Part shown: one piece after another, positions 25,205 to 36,630 of the stretch
Layout of the letters: every line of letters begins with the position of its first letter
How positions within the stretch are numbered: position 1 is the stretch's first letter
Assembly: GCA_000826855.1 (NCBI GenBank)
Contig: JTLS01000038.1
Location: 1 to 39,131 of the forward strand
DNA: 39,131 nt
Source of the DNA: Basidioascus undulatus
Taxonomy: Eukaryota
Reading direction: 5' to 3'
Made by a program: the position numbers and the translations under genes
Notes under the pieces: generated by a model
Databases searched by the model: none
Told to the model about the DNA's origin: nothing
The model's input: the letters and a program-made list of their open reading frames with translations, nothing else

Positions 25205-25549
25205 TGCATGCGCTGGGATTGGGCATTTTGGGTTGGAGATGTTCACATCGCCGTCGCCGACTCGCCATGTGTGCTGTTGATTGAGACTGCCTGCGGAAGC
25301 TTGAGCCTGCCTGCTGATGGCGGTGTTCTTGAGCGGCGAGCAAGCTTCTGCCCATTTCTTGTCGCACTTTCAGGCGATCTGTATGCCAGGTGCGCAGTCG
25401 CAGAAAGCGCCGAAAAACTTCGCGTTCACTGCGCGTAGCCGCAGCTATGCCGTGCAAGTGTCAGCCTTCAACAAGTAGGGCACTTGAATCAATCGCTTCG
25501 CTCGGAACAAGATGCAGTAACCCAAACGGTCTCTTCTACTTTTCGAAGA

Positions 25550-26979
25550 ATGGAAAGCGCTTCAGCCCGCGTTTAAGTGCAGCGCGCCCCTCAGTCCAAA
25601 TGTCGTTCTTGCAGCTACCCATACCCTCATTCCCATCGTGCCGACCGACCACTAAAAGGTCCATACCGAACGCAATGACGCGCAGAAATGGACTGACAAG
25701 GGGCGTTGAAGAGTGCCTCGATGTCGCTCTCCACGTCAATCAAGCCACATCTTCAGGAGGCGCAGGCGGGTGAAAGGGGAGACGATGTCGGCAATTGCTT
25801 TAGTCTGGAAAGGGACACGAGCGTCAGCAACTCTCATTCAGGAGGTGGCATTTATAGAACGGTTCAAAACTCCGTACGGTGAAAGGCCCCTCTGCACGGC
25901 CAGAGTATTAAAGCATCTCGAGCGAGAGATATAAGCACGGCATGAGCGACAGCAAGCCGTCTTGCAGAGCGATTCCTCTCCCGTAAAGTTCGATCCGCGG
26001 CGCTGAAAGCTCAAGTCCGCGCTCTCCAATCAAGCGGCAGACCGTTTCGACCGTGGCTAGTGTCGTTCCCCATTCCATACTGGTAACTCCCAGGCTTGGC
26101 CAGATTTAGCTCGGCCAAGGGGCTACCGACTCCGGAGCGCAGGAAGTCGCATGCCTCGAGGAGGCATCAGCCGGTGGAAAAGCGGGAACGCCCCTAGAGA
26201 GAGGTCAGCGAAGACTCCAAGATGCCCCTCGTCCAGCCCTGTCGCGAGAGACAGCGACACAATGTCAGGATGGGCGAGAAGCCGAAGCGCATCGCATCCC
26301 TCGGACGAAAAGACAATGCCTTCCAGGGTGAGATTGGGGCCCCGAAGGGTGTGGATTTGACGAGCATCTCCCCTGCTCGGCCTCGCCAGAGAGGTCGAGG
26401 CGCAAAGCGCGAAGAGTGCTGGAGGAAGCGGCTATCGAACGCTTCAAGAAGTCGGTGATGGAGGGATAAACCACACAGCTGCCATATATGACCCGAAGGA
26501 ATCGGAGCTGGAGAGAGGCTCGAGACCTCCCGGTCCGCTCTCCCAGTATTCGTCCATTGGACCGAGAGACAGGTCGAGGTGGGTGAGGGAGGTGAGCTTC
26601 GACGCGGCGATCACGAGACGCATCGCAATGTCCTCATCGACTCCCCCTCAAGATGTTCTATCTCAACGCTGCGGAGGATACGCGCACTCGCGCCCAAGCG
26701 CTTGAGGAGTTCCGCGCACGTCTTGAACCGATCGAGCGTGCCCGGGTCCTCTTGACCCGCAGAGTTTGATCGTCCCTCTAGAATAGCGACTTTGCGGATG
26801 TAGCGATCGAACGTGGGCGGAATGGCCGGCGCATGCGCCATCAGATCGAGCTGGATAGTCGAGTAGAACGTCGGGAGTGAGAGCTCGTGAAGCGCACGGT
26901 GCGAGACAGATCAGGTATCGGCAGATTCCCGAAGCAGTGCTTGATCAGCTCGTAGGGAACGGTGAGTAGAGGACGCCAT
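25550..26979 (-). pseudogene. F-box/LRR-like protein pseudogene
   Basis: F-box-like LLTVPYELIKHCFGNLPIPDL is out of frame with the downstream ALHELSLPTFYSTIQL. Later LRR-like LTSLTHLDLSL and LRALRLDLS lie in shifting frames with stops. 3' boundary approximate. Confidence 0.55.
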
Positions 26980-29423
26980 GAAGAGAGGGGGACGAAGAAC
27001 TTATGAGCGCTGCGACGTGAAGCCGCAACGAAATGATCTGATGCCGCAAGCGTATCGCCTTGCGTAAAAATTTGCTTCACAACTTCCAGTCCATCTTTTG
27101 ACCCACTTGCACCATGTTTGAACCTCATTACCATCCATTCTTGTGCTCGCGGGTTTCTTTCAGTGTTTTCTTCACCTGGCGGATGTGTATTTCAACTCAT
27201 CGTTCCAGAGCGCGCTGCACGGAGGACTCCCACCTCCTTCGGCACCCACCACATTTCCATTCCAATCCAACCGTTACAGTGAAACAGATCCCAATCCAAA
27301 AAATTGTACAAGCGGTTGTGACGGTTTCTAGAGCTTCGCGGGCTTAACCCGCAGAGTATGGTCAAAATTGAGGGGGATCATCGTTTCCACTTTGAAGGGC
27401 ACAGTTGAGAAGAAGCCATCCATCGTCCTTGTAATGGCCCAAAAACTCCGGATACCCCAGGCGATAGCATGGCTGTCGATCACTAGGGCTTCATTTTGAA
27501 CAAGACCTTTGTTTTTTCGTCTGCACGGATCTCCGCCTTTGCAACGATCGCAGGTTCCCTGCCCCTACGGCCGTCTACATCCCTGACATATTAAATAACC
27601 AAAGCATTCGGTCTTTAGAGCTCCGTAAACACCCGCCATGTCGTTCAAATGATCATGATGCTTGGTATGAGCATGCCACCTTTTCCTCCTTGTCCAGCAA
27701 GCTGGCAGCGGAGTCCATCGTGTGGAATAGGACAGAGAGATGAAAGTCTTCCTCCCACTGCATTCGTCTTTATGGAAAACAAAGCCTTCAGGATACCGAA
27801 TTATTGAAAAACTGGCGGTGATATTGATATTTCCCAGCTTCCCCCCAAGGCAGAGGGACAAGAAGAAGAATCCGCAGGGTCGCTGCGTAATCGCTGGGTG
27901 AGTAACTAGCGCGGTATTTGCTTTAAACTGACCCAAAGGAATACTTCCTGTCGAATCTCTTAGGTTGGGGTAGCCTGAGAGTGTTGAGGAATGAATCAGG
28001 AAATAATCAACGGCTTCGCATGTAGGTAGTACGTAGTTAGGCAGGAAACGATACGGCAACGCGACGCGTCAACGCTTGCCGATGAGCTTGCTGCTCCTCT
28101 CCATCACGAGTTGCCTGTAGACTACTGTCCAATGGCAGTTTGTTCCCAACCCCCATTCTCGTCAACGCCATGTCTGCATCCTCACCGAACCACCTGCGGA
28201 GCTGAACATGGCCCCTATCATCGCGTTCAGCGTGGCATGCGGAAGTGTCGGTGTCTACCCCGCGCTCGTATCGAACCGCCTCCATCTTCCACCAGCTCCA
28301 GAATCACACACTGGGGTCGGTCGGTCTATGGCACAGTGCGGGAGGAGAAGCCATGTTTGCGAGGTGCGCTCTTCTCCTTCCGATACAGTGTTGACTCTCA
28401 GCACTGTTCTCTGATCTGTTATCCACTCTTCCGGCGCAGCGGTTGTCCCGTGTCTGAGCGTGTTGGGCGCACACTACGTCGCGGACGAGGCGATTTCTGC
28501 TTTGTTTCGAAGGTGATTGCCGGGCGCTCGATTACCACTGCTTTTCTGTCGGGAAAGGCACTCGGCGTCCTCCGCGCTGACCCCAGCAGGTGGGCGCTGA
28601 GCCTCGGGCTCACGCCCGGGCTGCACGCTGCGCTCCAGCCGCTTCATGTCTTTGCTGACCGGTGGGTCCCGCCCCATATTCTCTTCGAACCTGAAAGCGA
28701 TAAAGTCATCTGCATCACGCACCCGCTCATGCATCTTAGTCTCGCGATCGTGACCGGCTCCACCTCCCTTTCCGCCCTCCTCACGCCGGCGGAGCGAGCT
28801 CGTCCCAGCCTCTCTAAAAGTACGTCCGCCCTACGCTCTTAGGGTCCCCGGTCCGCTTCTCGGGTTCCTTGTACCCACGACCAAATCCTCCATCGCCTTC
28901 ATCCGGGTCTCGTTCGCCCTCAAGGCCGCACAGGCATCCCTTTACACCATCCTCACCTGACTCTACACGCAGCCGCTCGCAGAGCATGCGAGCGTCCCCA
29001 TGCGCACGAACGGAAGCGTACGGGAGTGGGCGAGAGGTTGTGGGTGCAATGAGAGAAGCGGGCGAGGGACGGTGGGTTGCGAGGTTGGGTGACTGTGGTC
29101 GCCGCTGCGGGGGCTGCGTCTGGCCGTTGTTGCAGTGGTACTTCGACTTCCATCTCGAAGAAATGTGATTTAGCTTTTGCATGTGTCCCATAATCAACAA
29201 CGCCGTTTTTTCGACAGTCGAGTATGATGGCACAGCGACCTCACCAGCTTGCGTCCGTTCATCGTTAAGCTGCCACCAATAAACTGCTTGGCGCTTCTGT
29301 GCGTAGTGAGCCGCATTGGTAACTTGTAATCTGAAGTGTTCTCACAACAACAGACGGTGGTTGGAAAAAAGAAGTTGTTCATGAGGAACCACATGGCAGT
29401 ACCGTTGCATGTCGCACGAAGCT

Positions 29424-30419
29424 TTACTCGAGCGTACGACCCTCAAACTCCCACAGCTCACCCTCCCTCGCCCAGTCTATGATCCACTCCTCCAGTGTCC
29501 ATTCTGCCTGAGGTTCCTCAAGCGGGACCACCCACTCCCACTCCGAATCGTCCTCGCGGCGCAGCATCTCCCCCATCCGGGTCAGCTCCTCCTCCGACTC
29601 TGGCTCAAAGTCGTCCGCATCGTCCCACACCACAGACCGCATGCCCGGCCAGCGCGCGGCGGACGAAGTCGACATAGTCTAGAAAGCCGTAGTCCACCTC
29701 GGCCGTGGTGCGGTACGCGCCATCGTCGTCAAACACGCCGCCGAAGACGCACGGGAACAGGCTGGAGGCGTGCACGAGGTGGCGGAGGTTCGGGAGCCGG
29801 CAATACCCGCAGAGCCGCTGAAATTTCGAGATAGGGGCGATCGACGGAGGTAGGTCCACATCGTAGAAGAGGCTGAAGGAATCTCCCACCAAGACGAGTT
29901 CCTCTAGAAGGGGTGTGAGGGACGCCAGTTGAATGCATCCCTGTCGGAAGTGGGAGAAGCACGAGTTCTCGACGTTGAGAGCAAGTCGCTTCAGGTTTGG
30001 ACCGACTGCAGTCAATATAATATGCCTCGGAGAGCAGGGGCGAGGTCGTCGGCCTCCGATAGAGATCCGTTCTAGTCCGACTCTTCTTCGTCATTATCAT
30101 CATCGTTCGATTCCTCGTCCTCTTCCTCTTAACTGTCCAGGTGGACGTGGACACAAAGCGATCGAACCTCCGGTGCGCGCCTTCCTTCGAAGCTTAGCCC
30201 CCGAAAGAGCATTCGATGCAAGAGCTCGAGTCCCTCCCGGTCGGTGACATTGATCGAGGAGTATAGCGCTAGAAGCGCGGTGGTGTGGAGGTCATGATTG
30301 ACGAGGCACAGCGCGGCGAGGGTGGGTGCATCGCGGGTGTACGAGAGAGGATGCGATGGCTCGGCGACGGATTCGATAATGTGGTGAAGGACATCGAGAG
30401 GAACGGGTGTGCGGGACAT
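29424..30419 (-). pseudogene. F-box/LRR-like protein pseudogene
   Basis: MSRTPVPLDVLHHIIESV..TLAALCLVNHDLHTTALLALYSSINV (F-box-like). In-frame TAA and TAG sit in an acidic Glu/Asp tract. Frameshifts lead to PNLKRLALN..LLEELVL..LPNLRHL and a Trp/Glu-rich end. Confidence 0.7.
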
Positions 30420-30695
30420 AGTGGGAGGATGCGACCGGAGGATGAAGGATGAGAGGAAGAACAAGTGCTGCAGACCTCGGATTGCGCAGCCGCACCTACC
30501 TCTTAAGTGCAACGTATCCATGGGAGAGCCTGGACGTCACGGTCAGGGCCGTCGGGGAAAAGTGAGAGCGGGGAACTTTCACTTCTCTTCCCGGTATACC
30601 CCTATACCCCTTAATTTTTATTCTCTCTATTACCCGTAGTTCTGTTAGTGACTCTCGAAATACCCAAAAGCCTAAAGTTACATGCAGCTGCGTCG

Positions 30696-31942
30696 AAGGA
30701 CAAAGTGAGGGCTGTGCCAAGCTGTGTAACTTCAAAGCGAGTGCGCTGTCTTCCAGTTTCCAATTATCAATCATTAATATCTGATTTCGACAGTCAAGCC
30801 CAACAGTAATTGGCCTTCCAAATCAACAATACCAAGTTACAGGATGGATGCATGGGTAATCCGCTAGCTGTGCAAGTCCCAGAAGAAGTGCCGGTCAAGG
30901 TCGAGCTGCTGCCGCCGCTCGCAGAGAATACTAATTTAGTTTTTCCAGCTGTCCGTAAGCAAAGTATAGTCATTTCGCTAAGACTTGACTACAGAAGTAT
31001 AAGCATTCGGGTTTAGGCAAGGGGAAGGCGTAAGCAACGTGTAAGTAAAGTATAAGCAATAGTACTTAAAGTGTAGTCAATTTGCAAAAGACGGCAGAAT
31101 GCTTCCCAGGGTACCGAAAATCACCGGCTCTGTTACAGGCTTGGACGATGTGGCGAAGGATGTCGAGAGGAACGGGCGTGCGCGACATGGGGGGGGGGAG
31201 GACAATGAGCACCGGGTGTGTGTGTCGTGTATGAGGGAAGAGATCAAGGGGCGAACTTGGGAAGTGCGTTTGGGGGAGGAAGCCCGTGCGAGGTCCGTCG
31301 GGGAAACTGAGTGCGCGGTGCCAGAGTGCACTGATCCGCGCTTCTCTTCCCAATGTGCCCCTACGTCCGCTCATTACATGCTATTTTCTGGTCTGCTTGC
31401 AACATCCGTTTGTAGATATAATCCTCAAGTCCTCCCATTTTATCGGCCTTGCCGCCAATCGTCAGTTCTGTGAGTCCCGAGCAGCGTACCAATCACGTAG
31501 CCACACCTACCTCTTCCTCTCGGTTCTGAACTTCTGCACCTACCCAAACGTGCCTCTCCCATAAATCGTTGAACAAAATAAAATTAGGGTAGTTTCCATC
31601 ACAACCTGCAGCTCGACTGTTTCCGGGGATACAATATCGCCGGTAAGTCGCGGCGATGCGCCGTCGCGGAGGTGCAAAAGTCTACTTGGGCACCCCGGCG
31701 GGTGAACCTCAGGCGTTTCAAAAGACCTCAAAGTGCCCCGAAGATGGGTAGGTGCTCAAAAGGTGCCAGCGGGACCAGGACGCTGTACGAAGGCTGAAGA
31801 AGGCCCTGTAGTGCGCAGACGGCGAGTCACGACTGGGGTTTCTCATCGCGGGCAGTGGCGGTACGATTAATGTGTCAAACTTCCTGGTCTTAGCCATTTG
31901 TGAGTCCATACATCCCACGCCTCAAGGACAAAGTGAGGGCTG
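30696..31942. repeat. Dispersed direct repeat with identical 19-bp core AAGGACAAAGTGAGGGCTG at 30696-30714 and 31924-31942, followed by degenerate similarity
   Basis: Read directly. One copy lies upstream of each MSRTPVPLD start. Confidence 0.8.
31066..31188 (-). pseudogene. Truncated 5' duplicate of the adjacent F-box-like gene
   Basis: MSRTPVPLDILRHIVQAC versus MSRTPVPLDVLHHIIESV at 30419. Similarity is lost after about 17 codons. Confidence 0.65.
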
Positions 31943-32926
31943 GACCAAAGCATGTTGCTTCACAGCCATCAGCGATTGAGCTGTCTTCCGAGGTTCGTCT
32001 GTGAAAATCGACATGTCTTGCTACCCTTGGACATGCAGTGATTGACTTGGGAGATCAGTTGTTTCTATGAGTTACCTGAGAAGGCGAAAGCCACACGATA
32101 GCCGGAAGAGGCGCTGCTGGGACGGACGAAAACTGGCACTGCGGGCCTGGTGCATTGTTTAGAGGACGCCAGGCAGGTTCTGGAGGTGGCATTGCATGCT
32201 GTCGATTCATCATACTTACGTTTGGTAACTCCGAAACAAACAGGCCCGTCAGTGGGTCGGTTCGCCAACGCCTCGGTCTGTCCTCGACGGAGGTCGCAAG
32301 CAAGCAAGGTCGGCATTTGGAAACGACGGTCACCTGAACTACGGATTGCCCACGAGATAGTGGTATGCTAATTTGGGTAATCTTTTTGAGAGGCCGTGCA
32401 AGAAGTCTGCTAAACGGGTTGAAACGCTTTATGGGCTGTGGGCTGTGGTCACGTTGACCGCTTTCAAACACGCAGAGCAGCGACGAGCAGGGTCCAACAG
32501 GGAGGCAGCCGGCCAGAGTTGTACACGATTTGAGATTTGAAACCAAGAAATAGGTCTTTGGTGAGTTAATAATTGTTGTGAAGAAGTCAGGTGGTCACAA
32601 CGCTTTCGCTCTCAGGAAGACAACGGCCGGGCATGCTAGCTCCACTGATTCCCATGAATGATTCAAAGCGACGCTGTTACATACAGAAGAATTAGCTTCT
32701 CCAGGACACGTGTTTCAAAAGAACGTTGTATTTAGAGATTCGGGGGTGTGGGAAACCATCGCACAGTGTTACGTAGTTTGGCGACGTGACTGCTTACATG
32801 CGATCATCACGTTCCTTATCGCGCCTTGGGGCCCTGGCCTTGCCCTTCCCCTTGCTTCTCCCTTCACCATCTCCTACCGCACAGACCGTAGCCCACCCGG
32901 TAACCGCATACCCATCTCCCTCCAGG

Positions 32927-35900
32927 ATGTCGCCCTCGCCCACCGGCAAAGGCAGCGGCAGCTCGCGCTCCCCCGCGACGCCCCCCTTGCCGACGCACCT
33001 CGTCCGGGACCGCCGCGACTCGTCCGAGTCCGCGCGCTCCTCGACGCCGCTTCTCCTGCCAGACACGCCGCACCCCACCTCTGTCCCGCACCGCCTGCGC
33101 GTCCTCACCATCGCCGCCCTACTCCTCACGATCCCGCTCGTCCTCATCTTCTCCCCGCGCCTCCTCCGCTCTCTCCTCCCCTCCTCCCCCCACCACAGCC
33201 CACACCACTCGCACCCACCCCCGTACTGGACCGGCACGGCCACGCGCGCTGGCCCGAGCGCAGGCGCGCACGAGACGGCGCATTGGCCGCCCAAGGAAAC
33301 GGACGGGAAGAAGGACGAGAAGTACTTTGGCACGCCGGTTGGGTACGAGGGCCCTACGCCCACTGGCGCGGAGCCGGAGGCGGTGCAGACGGCGCCGGTG
33401 TACTCTATCAATAAGGGCGCGTGGCCGCTTGTGCCGCCGCAGAGCAAGGATGGGGGAAAGTCGTACTTGAAGGCGTTCCAGTGAGTCCGGATCCCAAGCA
33501 CGCAGTTGGAGTGAAAGCCTGAGTGCGCTCCACAGCCATCTCGGGAACCTCTGCCCTGCGTTCACTGCCGAGCCGTACATCCACGACATCACCCCTGTCA
33601 TTCCACCGGGCTACGAGATTGGGCAAGTGCACCTCCTTCACCGGGTACGTTCCTCTTCCGACTCCAATCTCCTCGACTTCCATCCTCCCTTCCCTGGCGT
33701 CTTTCTTCTCTCCTCCCTCTCTTGCCCTACTCCCTCTTTCCTTCCCTCTTTCCTTCCCTCTTTCCTTCCCTCTTCCCTTCCCTCTTCCATTTCCTCCATC
33801 TCCTCGCTTCCCCCTGCCTGCCCTGCGGCCAACGACCCCTTCCCTTCTCAGCACGGTGCCCGCTACCCGACCTCAGCCGGCGGACCCGTAGGGTTCGCCA
33901 TAAAGGTGCACGAGCATGCACAGCGCGGGAAACTCGCCTTCTCAGGCGAGCTCGCGTTCTTGAACGACTGGACTTACAAGCTTGGTGGGCCTCCCCCCCT
34001 CTCCTCTTCCCTCTTCCTCCCTTCTCTGGGAGGTGGTGACTGACAGAAATGATGCGTTCGTGTGCGTGCAGGGGCCGACATCCTCACCCCTTTCGGGCGC
34101 GAGCAGCTCTTCACCTCGGGCGTGGGGTTCCGTGTGCGGTACGGGCACTTGCTGGAGGGGTTCAAGAGGCTCCCTGTCTTCCGTACTACCACTCAGTCTG
34201 TCTCCCTCCTCCCTCCCCTCTCCCTCCTCCCTCCCCTCTCCATCCTTTCCCCTCCCCTCCCGCACTCCCTCTTCTCTCCCGTTCCCCAGCTGACACCTCC
34301 CCCGGGCCACAGGGACCGCATGCTCAAATCCGCGCACGTCCGTACCCCTCCCCCCCCCCCCCTGCCACCCTCCCTCCCAAAAACCTGACTGTTGGCGTTC
34401 TGTGCGAAACGGAGAGCAGAACTGGCTCGCCGGCTTCTTCGGCATCCCCTACGAGGAGCAGGTCCACCTCTCCGTGGGCGTCGAGGCTGCGGGGTTCAAC
34501 AACTCGCTTGTTCCGCAGAGTGCGTGCTTGCCCTGTCCCCACCCCCCCTTCCTCGATCTGTCCCGAACCAAATTTGCTAATGGGAGTGCGTGATGGGATT
34601 ATGGGGGGAAATAGAGATCTGCCCGAACGCAGTGAACGCCAACGCACGCAGGGGAGGACTGAATGCCGCGAGGCATATCGTGCGTCTTCTTCCTCCGCCC
34701 TTCCTCTTTCTTGAGAAAGGAAGGTTGTTGATTTGGTGGGCGAGAGCAGAACATTTCCCTCGCCCACGCTGTGGAGCGCCTCCAGCCGCTCGTCCATGGG
34801 ATGAACCTGAACGTCGCGGATGTGTATAAGATGCAGGAGCTGTGCGCTTACGAGTGCGCCGCTTCCTTCCCCCTCTCACCTTTCCCCTCCCGTCCTATGC
34901 CCATTTCCCTTCCGCCTTTCTTCTTTCCTTTCTCCGCTTCGAGGAACGCTGAACGCTGAATCGCGCGCAGGACCGTTGCCCTAGGGTGGAGCGCCTTCTG
35001 CACGCTCTTCACCGAGAAAGAGTGGGAGGTGCGTTCTTGCTCTCATCCTGGCTTTTACATAATCCCGCTGATAGAACCCCTCCGTCTCAGTCCTTCGGAT
35101 ACTCCCTCGACCTCATCTTCGACCAAGGCTTCGGCTTCGGGTCCCCCACCGGTAAGGCGCAGGGGATCGGCTATGTGCAGGTGCGCTCTTTCTCTCCCTT
35201 TCCCTGTCTTTTTGGAGAGAGTATGCTGAACAGGGTAGGGGGAGTAGGAGCTCCTCGCCCGCCTCACTGGCGAGCGCATCGAAAGCCACAATAGCAGCAC
35301 GAACGCGACGCTCGATGATAGTCCCGTCACGTTCCCGCTTGATCAGCCTATTTACGCGGATTTCACGGTACGCTTTCTCTACTGCCCTTTCCCCTTCCCG
35401 CCCCTCCCTGGACCTTTCTGGTCCTCCCCCGCCGCTTCTTCCCAAACCGCGGCAGCTAACACGGGGACACCCGGGCATCCAGCACGACACCGTCCTCACC
35501 TCCGTCGTCGCTGCCCTAAACCTCACGCAATTCGCCTCGCACCTCTCCTGGGACCGCGTCCCGCGCTTCAGCCCACACAACCCCCGGTGGAAGACGTCCG
35601 TCATCGCGCCCTTCGCGGGCAATATCGTCTTCCAGGTCCTTCGCTCCCCTTCCCACTCTTCTCTTTCTCCCTCCTCCACCTCCCCGTCTTCCCACTCTTT
35701 CGCTTCTTCCGAATCGCACCTCGAGTGGAAAGGCGTCCGCGTCGTCCTGAACGATGCGGTCCTCCGCCTGGACGGGCTGGGCGCGTGCGGCGCGAGCACG
35801 GGGAGGGAGGTCGGGCTGTGCGAGTTGGGCACGTTTGTGCGGGCGCTGAGGGAGACCGTGAGGGAGGTGGACTTTGTGGGGGACTGCGTGAGTGCTTCTT

Positions 35901-36027
35901 CTTCTGAGGGAGGAGCAGAAGGGAGGGAGATGGATGCTGATAGGGGTGGGGCCAGTTCGGGGACTATGTGGTTGGCCCTGATGAGGTCATCGAAGATGGG
36001 AGGCCACCGAGGAAGTACAGGTCCTGA
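32927..36027 (+). CDS. Histidine acid phosphatase/3-phytase-like protein with N-terminal transmembrane anchor
   Basis: Hydrophobic LTIAALLLTIPLVLIF. After splicing: LLHR|HGARYPT (RHGxRxP), LTPFGREQLF, FRTTTQDRMLKSA, MQELCAYET, YADFT|HDT (HD), PFAGNIVFQ, VRVVLNDAV. Last exon FGDYVVGPDEVIEDGRPPRKYRS*. Confidence 0.9.
33731..33790 (+). repeat. Intronic 12-bp polypyrimidine tandem repeat (TCCCTCTTTCCT) x3-4
   Basis: Read directly inside the intron that splits the RHG motif. Confidence 0.85.
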
Positions 36028-36630
36028 GTTGGAGACGAGAGGGGGTTGGGAGGCAAGAGAGACCGGAGGCGCAGAGGAGAGGAAGGGAGGAGTTTTTAGG
36101 GGTTCTTTGATGGGAACAGATGATGGATTCGCATCGTACCGCATCGTACTATAGATGCTTCGCAGCCGCGTATTGGCACTGCAGGCTGTCAGGCGCTACT
36201 GGGGGTAGCCGGGCGACGGTGTATGCTGCGAGATGGAGGGCCAGCTCCTAGGCGTCCAGGACACGGTGCGGATCGGCTTGCAGGGAGCTAGGACGTGCTA
36301 AATCTTGCACCGGTGCAGGGTGCATTTGGGACAGTGTATGTGCAGGGAAGATGGGCAGTTATGATGAGCGCTGCCTGAGAAGTTGGCTGAAAGCGTGGAA
36401 CCTAAAGCCGCTGCGGCTCACATCCAACAGTACCGACCACCTAAGGCGCCTAGCAGTATTCTCTCTACCGGTCTCCCGCTTATTGTCTAGTCTTCAAGGA
36501 GAAACGCAAGCCTACCCAAAGCATCAAGCAATCTCGACACGCGAAGTAGTTTCGTCACCTTTACAAGCTCTACGCGTACCTGCCCTTCTTACCAGGTCTG
36601 CGTCCTCTTCCTCTTCCTCGCTCGTCCGCA

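Noticed and set aside
24038..25246. 402-aa antisense ORF over the Kelch gene
   Set aside because: Antisense shadow of a GC-rich CDS.
28111..29233. 243-aa plus ORF and overlapping minus ORFs
   Set aside because: Neither strand nor family could be assigned.
35113..36144. 343-aa antisense ORF over the phosphatase 3' end
   Set aside because: Low-complexity shadow; the sense strand carries the conserved motifs.
36131..36317. Near-perfect tandem GCATCGTAC(C/T) x2 and 12-bp palindrome TGCACCGGTGCA
   Set aside because: Too short to distinguish from chance.
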